From an uncultured Acidobacteriota bacterium (GTDB lineage Bacteria; Acidobacteriota; UBA6911), in NCBI GenBank assembly GCA_963827655.1, contig CAWHCF010000010.1, forward strand, positions 234,542 to 298,541: a DNA stretch of 64,000 nucleotides, given 5' to 3'. Positions 1-10,228 of the stretch are shown piece after piece (within the stretch, counting starts at the first letter, position 1; every line of letters starts with the position of its first letter). The notes beneath the pieces were generated by a model, which saw only the letters and a program-made list of their open reading frames with translations, had not been told where the DNA came from and made no database searches. Made by a program: the position numbers and the translations under genes.

Positions 1-1240
1 CGGTTATAACGGGAGTATCAGCGTCACTCCGGCGAACACACCACTCCGTTTCGTTCAGGATCCCGTGCTGTATCTGGACGATCGCTATCCGGATTTCCCC
101 GGAACGCTGCCGAACAAGGACCCGGCGGGTAAGAACGGCCAGGGGATGATCTACATCGCGCCCGATTCAAACCGGGTCGGCTACACCCAGAACTACAACC
201 TGGGGATTCAGTTTCAGCTTCCCGCCTCGACGGTGCTCGAGGTCAGCTATCTTGGCAACAAGGGAACTCGTCTTGAAGCGAACGGACTCGACCAGCTCGA
301 CCAGCTTCCAGTTTCAATGCTGGCGCTCGGCGACAGGCTACTTGAGCCGCTGTCCGCCAATCCCGGGCTGGCGCCTCTGCCCTATCCCGGCTTTAACGGG
401 AGAGTGGCCCAGGCGCTGCGCGGGTATCCCCAATACAACGGGATTACCCAGATCTTCGCGAACTTCGGCACCTCGCACTACGACTCGCTGCAGTTAAGCT
501 TGACGCGACACCTGACGAACGGGCTCGCCGTTCTGGGTGCCTACACCTGGTCAAAAGCGATCACGGTCGGGTCCGACAGCGCGATCGACGCGAGGGCTTC
601 TCAGGATGTATATAACCGCGACCTCGAAAAGTCGCTGACGCTCTACCATGTACCCCACTTTTTGAAGCTAACCTGGATTTACGACCTCCCCTTCGGAAAG
701 GGGCGGCGGTTTAGCAGCGATAACCGTGCCGTCGATCTTCTGTTGGGAGGTTGGACGGTTACCGGAATCCACAACTACCGCTCCGGGAATCCGCTCGCTG
801 TGTCAACGAGCGGCTTTACCACCGATGGGATCTTCAACGGCACTTTTCGTCCGGATGTCGTGGCGGGAGTGCCTCAGATCCTCAATGATAACGCGCCGGT
901 CGGTGTCGGTTCGGGGGGCCCGGGCGATCCCTACCTGAACCCGGCGGCTTTCGCCCAGATCCCGCGCTCGCCCAATCAGGTGCCGTTGCGGCTCGGAACG
1001 GCGCCGCGTATCCTCGATATTCGTGGCCCGCACCAGTTCAGCGAGGACTTCGGAGTTGGCAAAAAGTTCAATTTCGACGAAGTCCGGAGCTTCGAGTTGC
1101 GCGCGGACTTCTTCAACGCGTTCAACCGGGCCGGACGGGCAGACCCCGTCACCAACATCACCAGCCCGCTGTTTGGAAAGATAACCGGATCCCAGCGCGG
1201 CCCGCGCAATATCCAGATTGAGATGCGCGTCAACTTCTAG
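1..1240 (+). CDS. TonB-dependent receptor (Oar-like, acidobacterial type), C-terminal part; 5' end outside window
   Basis: Beta-barrel motifs YTQNYNLGIQ, SHYDSLQ, YTWSKAI, ELRADFFNAFN, PRNIQ and terminal Phe. Confidence 0.9.
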   Translation, partial: GYNGSISVTPANTPLRFVQDPVLYLDDRYPDFPGTLPNKDPAGKNGQGMIYIAPDSNRVGYTQNYNLGIQFQLPASTVLEVSYLGNKGTRLEANGLDQLDQLPVSMLALGDRLLEPLSANPGLAPLPYPGFNGRVAQALRGYPQYNGITQIFANFGTSHYDSLQLSLTRHLTNGLAVLGAYTWSKAITVGSDSAIDARASQDVYNRDLEKSLTLYHVPHFLKLTWIYDLPFGKGRRFSSDNRAVDLLLGGWTVTGIHNYRSGNPLAVSTSGFTTDGIFNGTFRPDVVAGVPQILNDNAPVGVGSGGPGDPYLNPAAFAQIPRSPNQVPLRLGTAPRILDIRGPHQFSEDFGVGKKFNFDEVRSFELRADFFNAFNRAGRADPVTNITSPLFGKITGSQRGPRNIQIEMRVNF

Positions 1241-1308
1241 AGAACCCTTCTTCGCGTCCTGGTGGCGAGTCTTTACCTGCTCACCGCCAGGACGCTTCGA
1301 GTCCCAAG

Positions 1309-2592
1309 TCAGTAGCCCTCGTACTCCCGCGTCGGAATCCACCTGCCGTCGACCATCACGCGCCGGACATTCCTCAGGGCTCGGATGTCGGCGGCGGGGT
1401 TGCCTTCGACAACGATCAGATCGGCCAGCATCGCCGGCTTGAGGGTTCCCAGTTCATGCTCCCGGCGCAGGAACTCGGCGCCTCGCTGGGTGGCGGCGCG
1501 GATCACCTCCATCGGGGTCAGTCCGCACTCGACCAGAAGCTCGGTCTCCCGGAAGAAGGCTCTCCCGCGCTCGGCAAAAGGAACCGACGTGTGACTCCCC
1601 ACAACCACGCGCGCGCCGGCGTCGTGAAGCGTCTTGACGAAGCTCATCATATTCTTGAAACCCTTGACGGCCGTTACTTGAGCTGAGGTAGAGGGCGATC
1701 CCTCGCGGCGCTCGAAGACCGCGAGCGTCGGATCGACGAAGGTGCGCCGTTCGGAGATCAGCGCAAGCAGCGCCTTCGCCTGCAGACTGGAAAAATCCAA
1801 TTCGGCCCACATGCGATATCGCCCCTCTCTCCGCGCGCTGTTATCCGCCAGGATGGCCTGGCGGTAAACCTCTCCTTGCCGGAGGGGGGCGAGGGCGACG
1901 CCGAAAGACGTGATGTGCTCGAGGCCGTCCAGCCCCATGCGAATCGCCTCGGCCGCATCCACGATCTCCAGGTGACCGGTCACCGGGACGCCTCGCGCAT
2001 GCGCGGTCTCGATTACGGTCTTTATCAGATCCAGAGGGAGCCGGAAGTAGACCTTGATGGCGGTGGCTCCCTGCGCGATGACCTCCTCGGTCCAGCGCCG
2101 GGCTTCGAGCGGGCCCAGGATGACTCTGGAGTCCTTGGGATAGGCCGGCCCCGGTCCATCAAGATGAGGGCCGGTAAGCGACATCCTCGGGCCCGGGAGA
2201 TCGTTCTTGCGCATCATTTCCTTCAGGGACTCGAACTGTTCGATCCATTGCCCCGGATCGCGAAACGCGGTGATTCCGTAGGCCAGCTGTTTCAACGCCA
2301 GGTTGGGGTCATTTTCAATATGAAAGTGATGATCGATCAGTCCGGGCAGGACGAAGAAGCCGCGAAGATCGATGGTCGATGCGCCGGGAGGAGGCTGGAT
2401 TCCGCTTGAGGGGCCCACCGCCTCAATGCGATTCCCGCGGACCACGAGCCTGCAGTCTACGCAAGGGCGCGCCCCTGTGCCGTCAATAATCGTGGCTCCG
2501 TCCAGCACGATAGCGCTTTCCTGCTGGTAGAGAACGGAGGCGTTCCCAAAGATCGCCGCCAGCAAGAAAATTGAGTTCAGGGTTATTTTCAC
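1309..2592 (-). CDS. Secreted amidohydrolase family protein
   Basis: Signal peptide, PGLIDHHFH, IKVY, GHLE, EH and GTLKPAMLADLIVV motifs. Confidence 0.85.
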   Translation of the reverse strand: MKITLNSIFLLAAIFGNASVLYQQESAIVLDGATIIDGTGARPCVDCRLVVRGNRIEAVGPSSGIQPPPGASTIDLRGFFVLPGLIDHHFHIENDPNLALKQLAYGITAFRDPGQWIEQFESLKEMMRKNDLPGPRMSLTGPHLDGPGPAYPKDSRVILGPLEARRWTEEVIAQGATAIKVYFRLPLDLIKTVIETAHARGVPVTGHLEIVDAAEAIRMGLDGLEHITSFGVALAPLRQGEVYRQAILADNSARREGRYRMWAELDFSSLQAKALLALISERRTFVDPTLAVFERREGSPSTSAQVTAVKGFKNMMSFVKTLHDAGARVVVGSHTSVPFAERGRAFFRETELLVECGLTPMEVIRAATQRGAEFLRREHELGTLKPAMLADLIVVEGNPAADIRALRNVRRVMVDGRWIPTREYEGY

Positions 2593-2647
2593 GATTTTCT
2601 TTGCGTCTTCGCGTCTCCGTGGTGAGCGTGCGGGAGCCGGACGCGAA

Positions 2648-3085
2648 CTACATTTCAGGAAACGCCCACGACTGCAGCAGGTCGGCGCGCGCCTTTTCGT
2701 CTGAAGCGACCATGCGAAGGACGTCCTGAGCCGAGATCATTCCCCGCGAATGACCCGAGCTATCCACGACAACGAGATGATAGATCTTGTTCTTTTCCAT
2801 CAGCCGAACGCACTCTTCCACGCTGCTCTCGGGAGTTACGGTGATCAAACGGGTGGACATTACCTCGCGGACTCTGGTCCAGGACGGGCACAGGTGTTCT
2901 GCGGCCACTTTGTTGGAGATGTCGCTCTGAGCGATCACGCCCACAGGGCACGTCTTGTCATCGCACACTATCGTGGCGCGGACCTGCCGGTCGCGCAGAT
3001 ACATCGCCGCCCGATGGACCGTGTCATCCACGGAAAGGGAATAGACTTCGGTTCGATCGCCCAGCAGGTCTTTCACTGTAGCCAT
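2648..3085 (-). CDS. CBS domain pair protein
   Basis: Two CBS repeats (VREVMST..VTPESSVEE..HLVVVD..GMISAQD); GGAGG RBS upstream. Confidence 0.85.
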   Translation of the reverse strand: MATVKDLLGDRTEVYSLSVDDTVHRAAMYLRDRQVRATIVCDDKTCPVGVIAQSDISNKVAAEHLCPSWTRVREVMSTRLITVTPESSVEECVRLMEKNKIYHLVVVDSSGHSRGMISAQDVLRMVASDEKARADLLQSWAFPEM

Positions 3086-3172
3086 GGCATCCTCCTACGA
3101 TTTCGGATTGCGGATTTCGGATTGCGGATTGAAATGCTTTATTCTTGCCCGTTCACCGCCAATGCCGAAGGG

Positions 3173-4063
3173 TCAAGCAACCCGGTTGCGCAGGGTTCCG
3201 ATCTCCGGGACGGTAATCTCGACCAGATCGCCGGACTGCAGAGTGAACTCGTCGGGAGGAACAATTCCGGTGCCTGTCAGCAGTATGACGCCGTGGGGGA
3301 ATTCCTGTTCCTGGAAGAGGTACGTGACCAGGTCCTCGAAGGTTCGCTTCATCTGGGCCACGCTGGTGCTGCCGTCGAACTCCACGCGGCCGTTGCGTCG
3401 AATCACAAGCCGAATGCCAAGCTGACGCACGTCCGGGACCGATTGAGCGAGGAGAATGGCCGGGCCGAGCGCGCATGAACCCAGGTAAACCTTGGCTTGC
3501 GGAAGATAGAGCGGGTTTTCGCCTTCGATATCGCGCGAACTCACGTCATTGCCGATCGTGTATCCCAGCACCTTCCCTGTGACGCTTACCACAAGAGCGA
3601 TTTCCGGCTCGGGCACATTCCATTTCGAGTCGGCGCGAATCCGAATCGCGCCGTTCGGGCCGGCCACCCGATTTGGGGTCGCCTTGAAAAAGAGCTCCGG
3701 TCTGGCGGCGGAATAGACTTTGTCATAAAACGAACCGCCGGCCTCGCTTTCTTCCATCCGCGCCTCGCGGCTGCGAAGGTAAGTCACGCCCGCGGCCCAG
3801 ACTTCCTGCTCGGTCACGGGAGGGAGCAGGTGTGGCCTGGCGCGATCGGGCGCGGTATCCAGTTCTGAGAATGGTATACCCGCATTCCTGGTTGCGCTGG
3901 TTCCCACAGCTTCCAGCCGTTGCGCCAGGTCATCGAGCGAGAACAATGCGGAAAAGGATCCGAAGTGTTGCGGGTCGGCCGAATTCAGGTTGTAGACCTT
4001 ATCGTCGCGCACCAGGCCGAGCGCGGGACCGGAGTCTGGGTTCCAGTAACGACAGAGTTTCAT
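3173..4063 (-). CDS. Fumarylacetoacetate hydrolase family protein, probable 2-keto-3-deoxy-pentonate dehydratase (XylX/KdaD-like)
   Basis: WAAGVTY, RPELFFKAT, PEPEIALV, GNDVSSRDIEGENPLYLPQAK, TGTG; start moved to ATG 4063 because the upstream extension is heptamer repeat. Confidence 0.85.
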   Translation of the reverse strand: MKLCRYWNPDSGPALGLVRDDKVYNLNSADPQHFGSFSALFSLDDLAQRLEAVGTSATRNAGIPFSELDTAPDRARPHLLPPVTEQEVWAAGVTYLRSREARMEESEAGGSFYDKVYSAARPELFFKATPNRVAGPNGAIRIRADSKWNVPEPEIALVVSVTGKVLGYTIGNDVSSRDIEGENPLYLPQAKVYLGSCALGPAILLAQSVPDVRQLGIRLVIRRNGRVEFDGSTSVAQMKRTFEDLVTYLFQEQEFPHGVILLTGTGIVPPDEFTLQSGDLVEITVPEIGTLRNRVA

Positions 4064-4322
4064 ATTGACGATTGACGATTGACGATTGACCATTATTGAC
4101 GATCTTCTTTAGAAGATCGTCAATCGTAAATCGTCAATCGGTACACTCCATGGCTGCGCGTCCTTGCTCGCGCGAACGGGATGACGACTCGTTTATTCCC
4201 CCAAAGGCACCTGTGGTTCCACCGACGATTGGCGATCCTTTTTGGCAATCGTCAATCGTAAATCGTAAATCGTCAATCGGTTGACGATCTTCTTGGCAAT
4301 CGTCAATCGTCAATCGTCAATC
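4064..4322. repeat. (GACGATT)n/(AATCGTC)n heptamer tandem repeats in inverted blocks, enclosing a diverged copy of the neighbouring gene's 3' end
   Basis: Directly visible; hairpin ATTGACGATCTT...AAGATCGTCAAT; 4145-4222 matches 4370-4448. Confidence 0.9.
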
Positions 4323-5798
4323 CTAAAGTCCGGCCCGGTCCATGTACACGGTTTTTATGCTGGTGAAGAACTCCATGGCCGCGCGCCCTTGCTCGCGCGA
4401 ATGGGATGACGACTCCTTCATTCCACCAAAGGGAACCTGCGGCTCCACGCCGGCAGTTTCGCCGTTGACCTTCACGATGCCGGCTTCGATGCGGTTGACG
4501 TACTCTTGAATCGCATTGAGGTCGCGCGTGAAGATGCTGGCGCTGAGACCGTACCGGACGTTGTTGGCGAGCTGTATGGCCTGGTCGAGATCGCGGGCCC
4601 GGGTCAGGGACAGCACCGGACCAAAAATCTCTTCCTGGAAGAGATGTGAATCCGGTTTCACATCGCCGAAAATCGTCGGCTCTATGAAGTAGCCGTTCGC
4701 GAAAGAATCGCCGTCTGGAACGCCGCCGCCGCACAAGAGGCGCGCTTCGCGCTTCCCTCTTTCGATCGCCGCCAGGATCCCTTTATGTTGTTCCTCCGAT
4801 ACCACGGGCGGCACAACGGTAGACTCGTCCTTTCCGATCCCCAGTTTCAGAGCCCTGGTTTTTTCCATCAGTTTCTGAACGAAAGTCTCGTAAACCTGGT
4901 CGAGGACGATGGCGCGCGAAGTGGCGGTGCACTTCTGTCCCGCGTAGGCGAATGCCCCGCGCACCGTCAAGGTTGTGGCCTGCTCGAGATCGCAATCAGG
5001 CAAGATCAGGACGGGATTCTTTCCCCCCATCTCCAGCTGGCACTTCACACCCCGTTCACTCGCCCAAGTTGCGATACGCCGGCCGACCGAGTTGGAACCC
5101 GTGAAGGAAACACCGTGTACCTTCTCGTTCTTGACCATCTCTGCGCCGAGAGTACCGCCCCCTCCCGTGATGAGATTGAGAACGCCGGGCGGAATTCCGG
5201 CCTGCTCAAAAACCTGCGCAATGAGCACGCCGCAGTGGGGCGTGACGCTCGCCGGTTTGAAGACCACGGTGTTGCCGTAAATCAGCGCCGGCGCAATTTT
5301 CCAGATCGGAATTGCGACCGGAAAATTCCAGGGCGTGATGATGCTCACCACGCCGAGAGGCGCGCGAGTTGTGTATATGAGGGTATTCGGATTGACGGAC
5401 GGCACCACTTCGCCGACGCTGCGAAGTCCTTCGGCGGCATAGTAGCGGAGCAGCGCGACGCCGCGCGCGGTTTCCCCTCGAGCTTCGGCGATGGTCTTGC
5501 CGTTTTCCCGCACCATCGCCTGCGCCACATCCTGCAGCTTCGACTCGAGAATGTCTGCGGCCTTGCGCAGGAACTCCCCACGAGCCCATCCCGACAGCTG
5601 CCTCCACTGTGGAAGCGCGCCATGCGCCGCGTCGATGGCCCTGCGTACATCATCCAAATCCGCAGAAGCGAATTCACCGATAACGTCACGGGTATCCGCT
5701 GGATTGATTGAGGAGAACTTCTTGTCTCCGGCGGCGTTTGTCCAGCGACCATTGATAAAGTTCTGAAAGCTGCCGGGCATTTCTTTCGCCATCTTCAT
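4323..5798 (-). CDS. Aldehyde dehydrogenase, probable alpha-ketoglutaric semialdehyde dehydrogenase
   Basis: ITPWNFP, FTGS, LEMGGKNP, GQKCTA (catalytic Cys), EEIFGPV, PFGGMK; context next to FAH dehydratase. Confidence 0.88.
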   Translation of the reverse strand: MKMAKEMPGSFQNFINGRWTNAAGDKKFSSINPADTRDVIGEFASADLDDVRRAIDAAHGALPQWRQLSGWARGEFLRKAADILESKLQDVAQAMVRENGKTIAEARGETARGVALLRYYAAEGLRSVGEVVPSVNPNTLIYTTRAPLGVVSIITPWNFPVAIPIWKIAPALIYGNTVVFKPASVTPHCGVLIAQVFEQAGIPPGVLNLITGGGGTLGAEMVKNEKVHGVSFTGSNSVGRRIATWASERGVKCQLEMGGKNPVLILPDCDLEQATTLTVRGAFAYAGQKCTATSRAIVLDQVYETFVQKLMEKTRALKLGIGKDESTVVPPVVSEEQHKGILAAIERGKREARLLCGGGVPDGDSFANGYFIEPTIFGDVKPDSHLFQEEIFGPVLSLTRARDLDQAIQLANNVRYGLSASIFTRDLNAIQEYVNRIEAGIVKVNGETAGVEPQVPFGGMKESSSHSREQGRAAMEFFTSIKTVYMDRAGL

Positions 5799-5854
5799 CG
5801 ATTTCCTCCGATTGCGAGCCAAGCTCAGTCGCGCTTCAATCCGCAATTCGCATT

Positions 5855-6994
5855 CTAGAGTTTTACCGTTTTCCCTGTTCGGGCCGCCTCGTAGATCGCC
5901 ATCATGATCTTCAAGTCGCGCAATCCTTCTTCTCCGGGTGTCAGGGGCTCACTGTTATTCATGACGCACTCGGACATGTGATCCATCTCGAGAGCGAAAT
6001 GATCCTGCTGTGGAAGCGTTCTCTCTTCAACGGCGCCTCCGCGGCCCACCCTCATGCGCAAGCCGGTGTAGCTCGTGGCCGGTTCGAGTTCGAACCATCC
6101 TTTGGTGGTAACGACGCGATAGCGGTTTTGTCCCGAGTAGCCGTAGCTTGAGGTGCAATTGGCGAGAATGCCGCTCGGGAAGCGCAACTGAAAGTTGATG
6201 GTTTCTTCCACTTCTTTAAAGCGGACATCTCCGGCGGTGGTGTACATCATGGCGTTCACTTCGACCGGTTCCTCCCCCGTAACGTAACGGGTGGCTTGCA
6301 GACTGTAGATTCCGATATCCATCAGCGAGCCTCCGCCGGCGAGATCTTTCTTCAGGCGCCACTGAGTCGGATCTCCGATGTTGAACCCGTGATCTCCGAG
6401 AATGACCTTGATCGGTCCCAATTCCTGGTCGCGAGCCATCTTGATCATCGCCTTGTTGAAGGGCTCGTAGCGGCAGCGGTAGGCTACCATGAGCTTGCGG
6501 TTCGCCTTGCGGCACGCTTCGATCATCTCCTGGCAGTCGGCCGGCGTATTGGCCATGGGCTTCTCGGCAAGAATGTGCTTGCCGGCGCGCGCTCCGCGTA
6601 TGGTGTACTCGGCATGCATGCCGTTGGGAAGGACGATATAGATGATATCGACCTCAGGATTGTCACGGATCGAATCGTAATTCTGATAGTTATAGATACT
6701 TTTGGGATTCACGCCATAGCGCTGTGCCAGCTTGTTGGCCTTTTCGGGGCTCCCGCTCACGAACGCCACGACTCTCGACTTCTCGCACTTGGCGAAAGCG
6801 GGGAGGATCTGATTCATGGACAGGCGCCCGAGCCCGACGATGGCCCAACCCAGCTTCTTTCCCGGAGGCTCTGGAACTTGCTGGGCTTGAGCACGGCCAA
6901 AGAGCGACCCGGTGACATTGACGGCCACGATTCCCTGCCCGACCTTCCTGAAAAATGTCCGGCGGGAGCTTTCTTTGTGCGATGAATTGGACAT
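5855..6994 (-). CDS. Gfo/Idh/MocA oxidoreductase (glucose-fructose oxidoreductase-like), Tat-exported
   Basis: SRRTFF twin-arginine motif, GWAIVGLG, AEKPMA, GGGSLMDIGIY. Confidence 0.9.
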   Translation of the reverse strand: MSNSSHKESSRRTFFRKVGQGIVAVNVTGSLFGRAQAQQVPEPPGKKLGWAIVGLGRLSMNQILPAFAKCEKSRVVAFVSGSPEKANKLAQRYGVNPKSIYNYQNYDSIRDNPEVDIIYIVLPNGMHAEYTIRGARAGKHILAEKPMANTPADCQEMIEACRKANRKLMVAYRCRYEPFNKAMIKMARDQELGPIKVILGDHGFNIGDPTQWRLKKDLAGGGSLMDIGIYSLQATRYVTGEEPVEVNAMMYTTAGDVRFKEVEETINFQLRFPSGILANCTSSYGYSGQNRYRVVTTKGWFELEPATSYTGLRMRVGRGGAVEERTLPQQDHFALEMDHMSECVMNNSEPLTPGEEGLRDLKIMMAIYEAARTGKTVKL

Positions 6995-7237
6995 GGCGAA
7001 CTCCTTGGTATGCCAGAGCGGTATGCTATGCCTTCGCCCTGCCCTCGGTCAATGTTTGTCAGAGTGGAGTAATGCGATCACTACTAACTTCTGATTCTCG
7101 AATTCCCGCGCTCGGGATGACTCCTCGAGTTCGACCAGCGGAAGGGCGCCCGCGAGATTTCAAGGAACGCACGCCGCGCCTGGCCTCAGCGTTTGGACGT
7201 CGTGCCCTCGTGGTTTTGATTTGATACAAGTTCGCGC

Positions 7238-7576
7238 TCAGGTTGCGATAATCTCGTTCAATCCTTCAACGACCTGATCTAATTCCTCTGCGGCCGCCCG
7301 ACCAATTACCTTTCCTATCCTTTCGACCGCAAGGGTCCGAATCTGGCTAATTTTAACCCACGATTTTTTCGGGAGCCCTCTTGCATGAAGTTCAAGCGTC
7401 AAAGGAAAGCCGGCGCGTTGAGGTTGACTTGTCAGAGCAACCGCAATTACCGTTCCGGACCGTTCATTGAAGACGTCCTGGCTCAGAATCAAGACTGGAC
7501 GTTGTCCTGCTTGTTCTCGGCCTCGTACCGGATTCAAGTTGGCCCAGCGGATCTCACCTCTCAGTATTCGGACCAT
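7238..7576 (-). CDS. mazF: Type II toxin, MazF/PemK family endoribonuclease
   Basis: [38 protein letters not shown]; overlaps antitoxin stop. Confidence 0.9.
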   Translation of the reverse strand: MVRILRGEIRWANLNPVRGREQAGQRPVLILSQDVFNERSGTVIAVALTSQPQRAGFPLTLELHARGLPKKSWVKISQIRTLAVERIGKVIGRAAAEELDQVVEGLNEIIAT

Positions 7577-7803
7577 TCCGCCAGGTCCTCGGATAGCCCT
7601 TCCTCCGCGAGCGCTTTTTCGAAAGTGGGATCAAGTTTCGCGCACTCCTGGGCAAGACGACTTTTCTCGAGCCGCGCGAGTTTCTCCACAACAGCATCCT
7701 CTATGGCCTGACTACGGTTGGGAAAGACTTGTTTCTTGACCAGCTGATCGAGCCGATTCAGGGTCGACTCATCCAGAGAAATTGCAATTTTAGACCTTAC
7801 CAT
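7561..7803 (-). CDS. Ribbon-helix-helix (CopG-like) antitoxin
   Basis: KIAISLD...[10 protein letters not shown]; acidic C-terminus; directly upstream of toxin. Confidence 0.85.
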   Translation of the reverse strand: MVRSKIAISLDESTLNRLDQLVKKQVFPNRSQAIEDAVVEKLARLEKSRLAQECAKLDPTFEKALAEEGLSEDLAEWSEY

Positions 7804-7814
7804 GACTCACCTCA

Positions 7815-7837
7815 TGGTATGACAATACTTCATACCA
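7815..7837. promoter_or_regulatory. Probable autoregulatory operator of the TA operon
   Basis: Perfect inverted repeat TGGTATGA-N7-TCATACCA just upstream of the antitoxin start. Confidence 0.65.
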
Positions 7838-8147
7838 CAACCCTGGGTCAAACCACGCGCCGGTCGGGACCGTCGATGCACGGCGCGACCCTCGGCCGCG
7901 ACCAGATAACGGCCACAGATTCCACGAATTTCACGAAACCTAAATTGGGTCTGTGAAATTCGTGTAATTCGTGGCAGATGTTTTTCTCTGGTTATACGGG
8001 GGACAACTGCCGTGCGTCTACCATTGCGGCCCGCGCTTGCAGGCACAGGATCCTGGCCGTGATTCGACTCGAGACTCGAGCGCAATAATGAACTTGAAGC
8101 CGATGGCGTCGGAGCCGACAATGCTCCATCCGATTAACAAGAGGACC

Positions 8148-10228
8148 ATGGGGGGTGATCGACTGTACCGGCACATTCATTACCTCTATTTGTTGCGAGT
8201 TCCGATTCTGTTCTGCGTGCTGTTGCTAGCCCTGGTTGCCGTCGCGGTCCCGAAAGATGGCGCCGCGGCGAGTCTGCTTCGGGGTACGTTCGACATCGCA
8301 CCGCCTGGCGCGAGCTTCTGCGTCCAGTACGTTTCGTTTCTCTTCTGCGTCATGGCGGCTGCAAGCGTGGCATTTGCCATCTACATGACGGCGTACCTGG
8401 TGCTCCAATACTCCCACGCGCGGTCAAAAGCGGCCAAAATCTCCAAGACAGACCTCGACAACGCGGACCTGCTGCTCGTAATCCTTAGCGTCCTCCCGGC
8501 GGTGGCGCTGGTGATGGGGGCCTGGGCCGTAACCGATGTTCTGTGGTATGTCGCGCTCGGGGCGCTCGTGAGCGGTGTGGCGCTGAGCGTCGCCCTTGTA
8601 TATGTGCGTCCATGTCTGTAACCCGCCGGGGTGGCCACTCCGGTGGCTGGCGGCGAGGTTCCAGCACTCACCGGCCGGCTTCCTTGACCAGAGGGACGAT
8701 TTTCTTCCCGGCCATCGGCTCGCCCTCCTCTACCTGATCTTCAGTGTCGCGCTTTACGCGCTAGCCGGCGTCGTCAAGGGATTCTACCTTGAAGAGAAGA
8801 TTGTGTTCTCGACGCTCACGATGCTTTTGCTGTGGGCCGCGCTAGCCTGCTGGGCATCCGGCTTCGTGGCGTTCTTTTTCGACCGCTATCGGATCCCGTT
8901 CTTGATTCCACTGGTCCTGTATCTCGGTGCGGGATCGTTTTCTCGAGAGAACGACCACTTCTTTCCATCCCAGAAAGTCGAGCCACCCGAGCAGGTGACG
9001 CCGGGGATTGCACTCGAAAAAGGCGAGCACGACACTGTCATCGTGGTTGCTGCGACCGGAGGAGGCATTCAGTCAGCCGCCTGGACGGGGAATGTGCTGG
9101 CCCGGCTCAAGGAGACGTTTGGCGATGTCCCCCAGTTCGACCGTTCCGTGCGGCTGGTCAGCTCGGTCTCGGGCGGCAGCGTCGGCGCCATGTATTTCCT
9201 GCACGCCTATCAGAACGGGGTCCTTCCCTCCGGCCCGGAAGAACTGCGCTCGCGCATTATCGAGCCGGCGCAGGCATCGAGTCTCGACGCCGTCACCTGG
9301 GGCTGGTTGTTCCAGGACCAGTTGCGGGCGTTCATCCCGTTCGGCTGGGAGGCGACTGGGTTTGCTTGCAAACGATCGTGGATTGAGTTTACAGGAGGCA
9401 TGGTCGGAACGCGCGACGGGGATCGGGAACGCAACACTTGCCTCGTGGCGGCGCGATGCGGCAGCCGGCCTGCGTCCGGCGGTAATTTTTAACACGACCG
9501 TGGTTGAAACGGGACAGCGGCTGCTGCTGTCGACGACCGATCTGAGGAAGCGCGAGAAGGGATGCGCTCCACGGGCCGCTGCGCTTTCGGCGAGCGTCGG
9601 TTTCTACGACCTGTATCCGTGCTCGGATATCACCGTTCCGACGGCGGCGCGGCTGTCGGCGACCTTCCCGCTGGTGACTCCGGCGGCGCGGATCGAGCAA
9701 GGCGGGACCTGTGAGCGGCACAACCATGTCGTCGACGGCGGCTACTACGACAATTACGGGATGTCTTCGCTGCTGGAGTGGCTCGACATAGGTTTGCAGC
9801 AGACGAGCGCGATCCGAAACGTGATTGTCCTCGAGATCCGATCTTCTCCCGCGGCGGAAGCCTCTCCTGCCGAGGGTAAGTTCGGCTGGTTTTTCCAGAC
9901 AGGTTCAGCTCTCACCACAATGGCAAAGGTGCGGGAGGATGCGCAGCTTGCCAATAACAATCGGATGCTCTGCATGGCGAGACGCCTGTGGGCCTCAAAA
10001 TCCGTGACGATCACAAGTTTCCCGGTTGTGTACCAGTCTCCGGAGCAGGGCGCGAAGCCGCCGACGCCTCCCTTGTCGTGGCACCTGACGGCGGAACAGA
10101 AGGCGAACATCGAAGGTGCCGCCGCCAGGGCGGCCCAGGGAGTGATCCGCGACGTTAAAAGCTGTTTTACCAACCCACAGAAATGTGGAGAGCTGGCGAG
10201 AAACTATGACGACGCCTGTCGGAATTGA
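8148..10228 (+). CDS. Multi-TM patatin-like phospholipase (two apparent frameshifts, near 8610 and 9345)
   Basis: N-terminal TM helices, then AATGGGIQ, SSVSGGS nucleophile elbow, LSATFP and VDGGYYDN across three ORF frames. Confidence 0.7.

Noticed and set aside
4064-4322. CRISPR array
   Set aside because: Units are 7-mers with irregular spacing, there is only one intervening segment, and no cas genes are present
4145-4448. Diversity-generating retroelement TR/VR pair
   Set aside because: No reverse transcriptase in the window; only 5 of 9 mismatches are at A; changes are mostly synonymous and in a conserved ALDH motif
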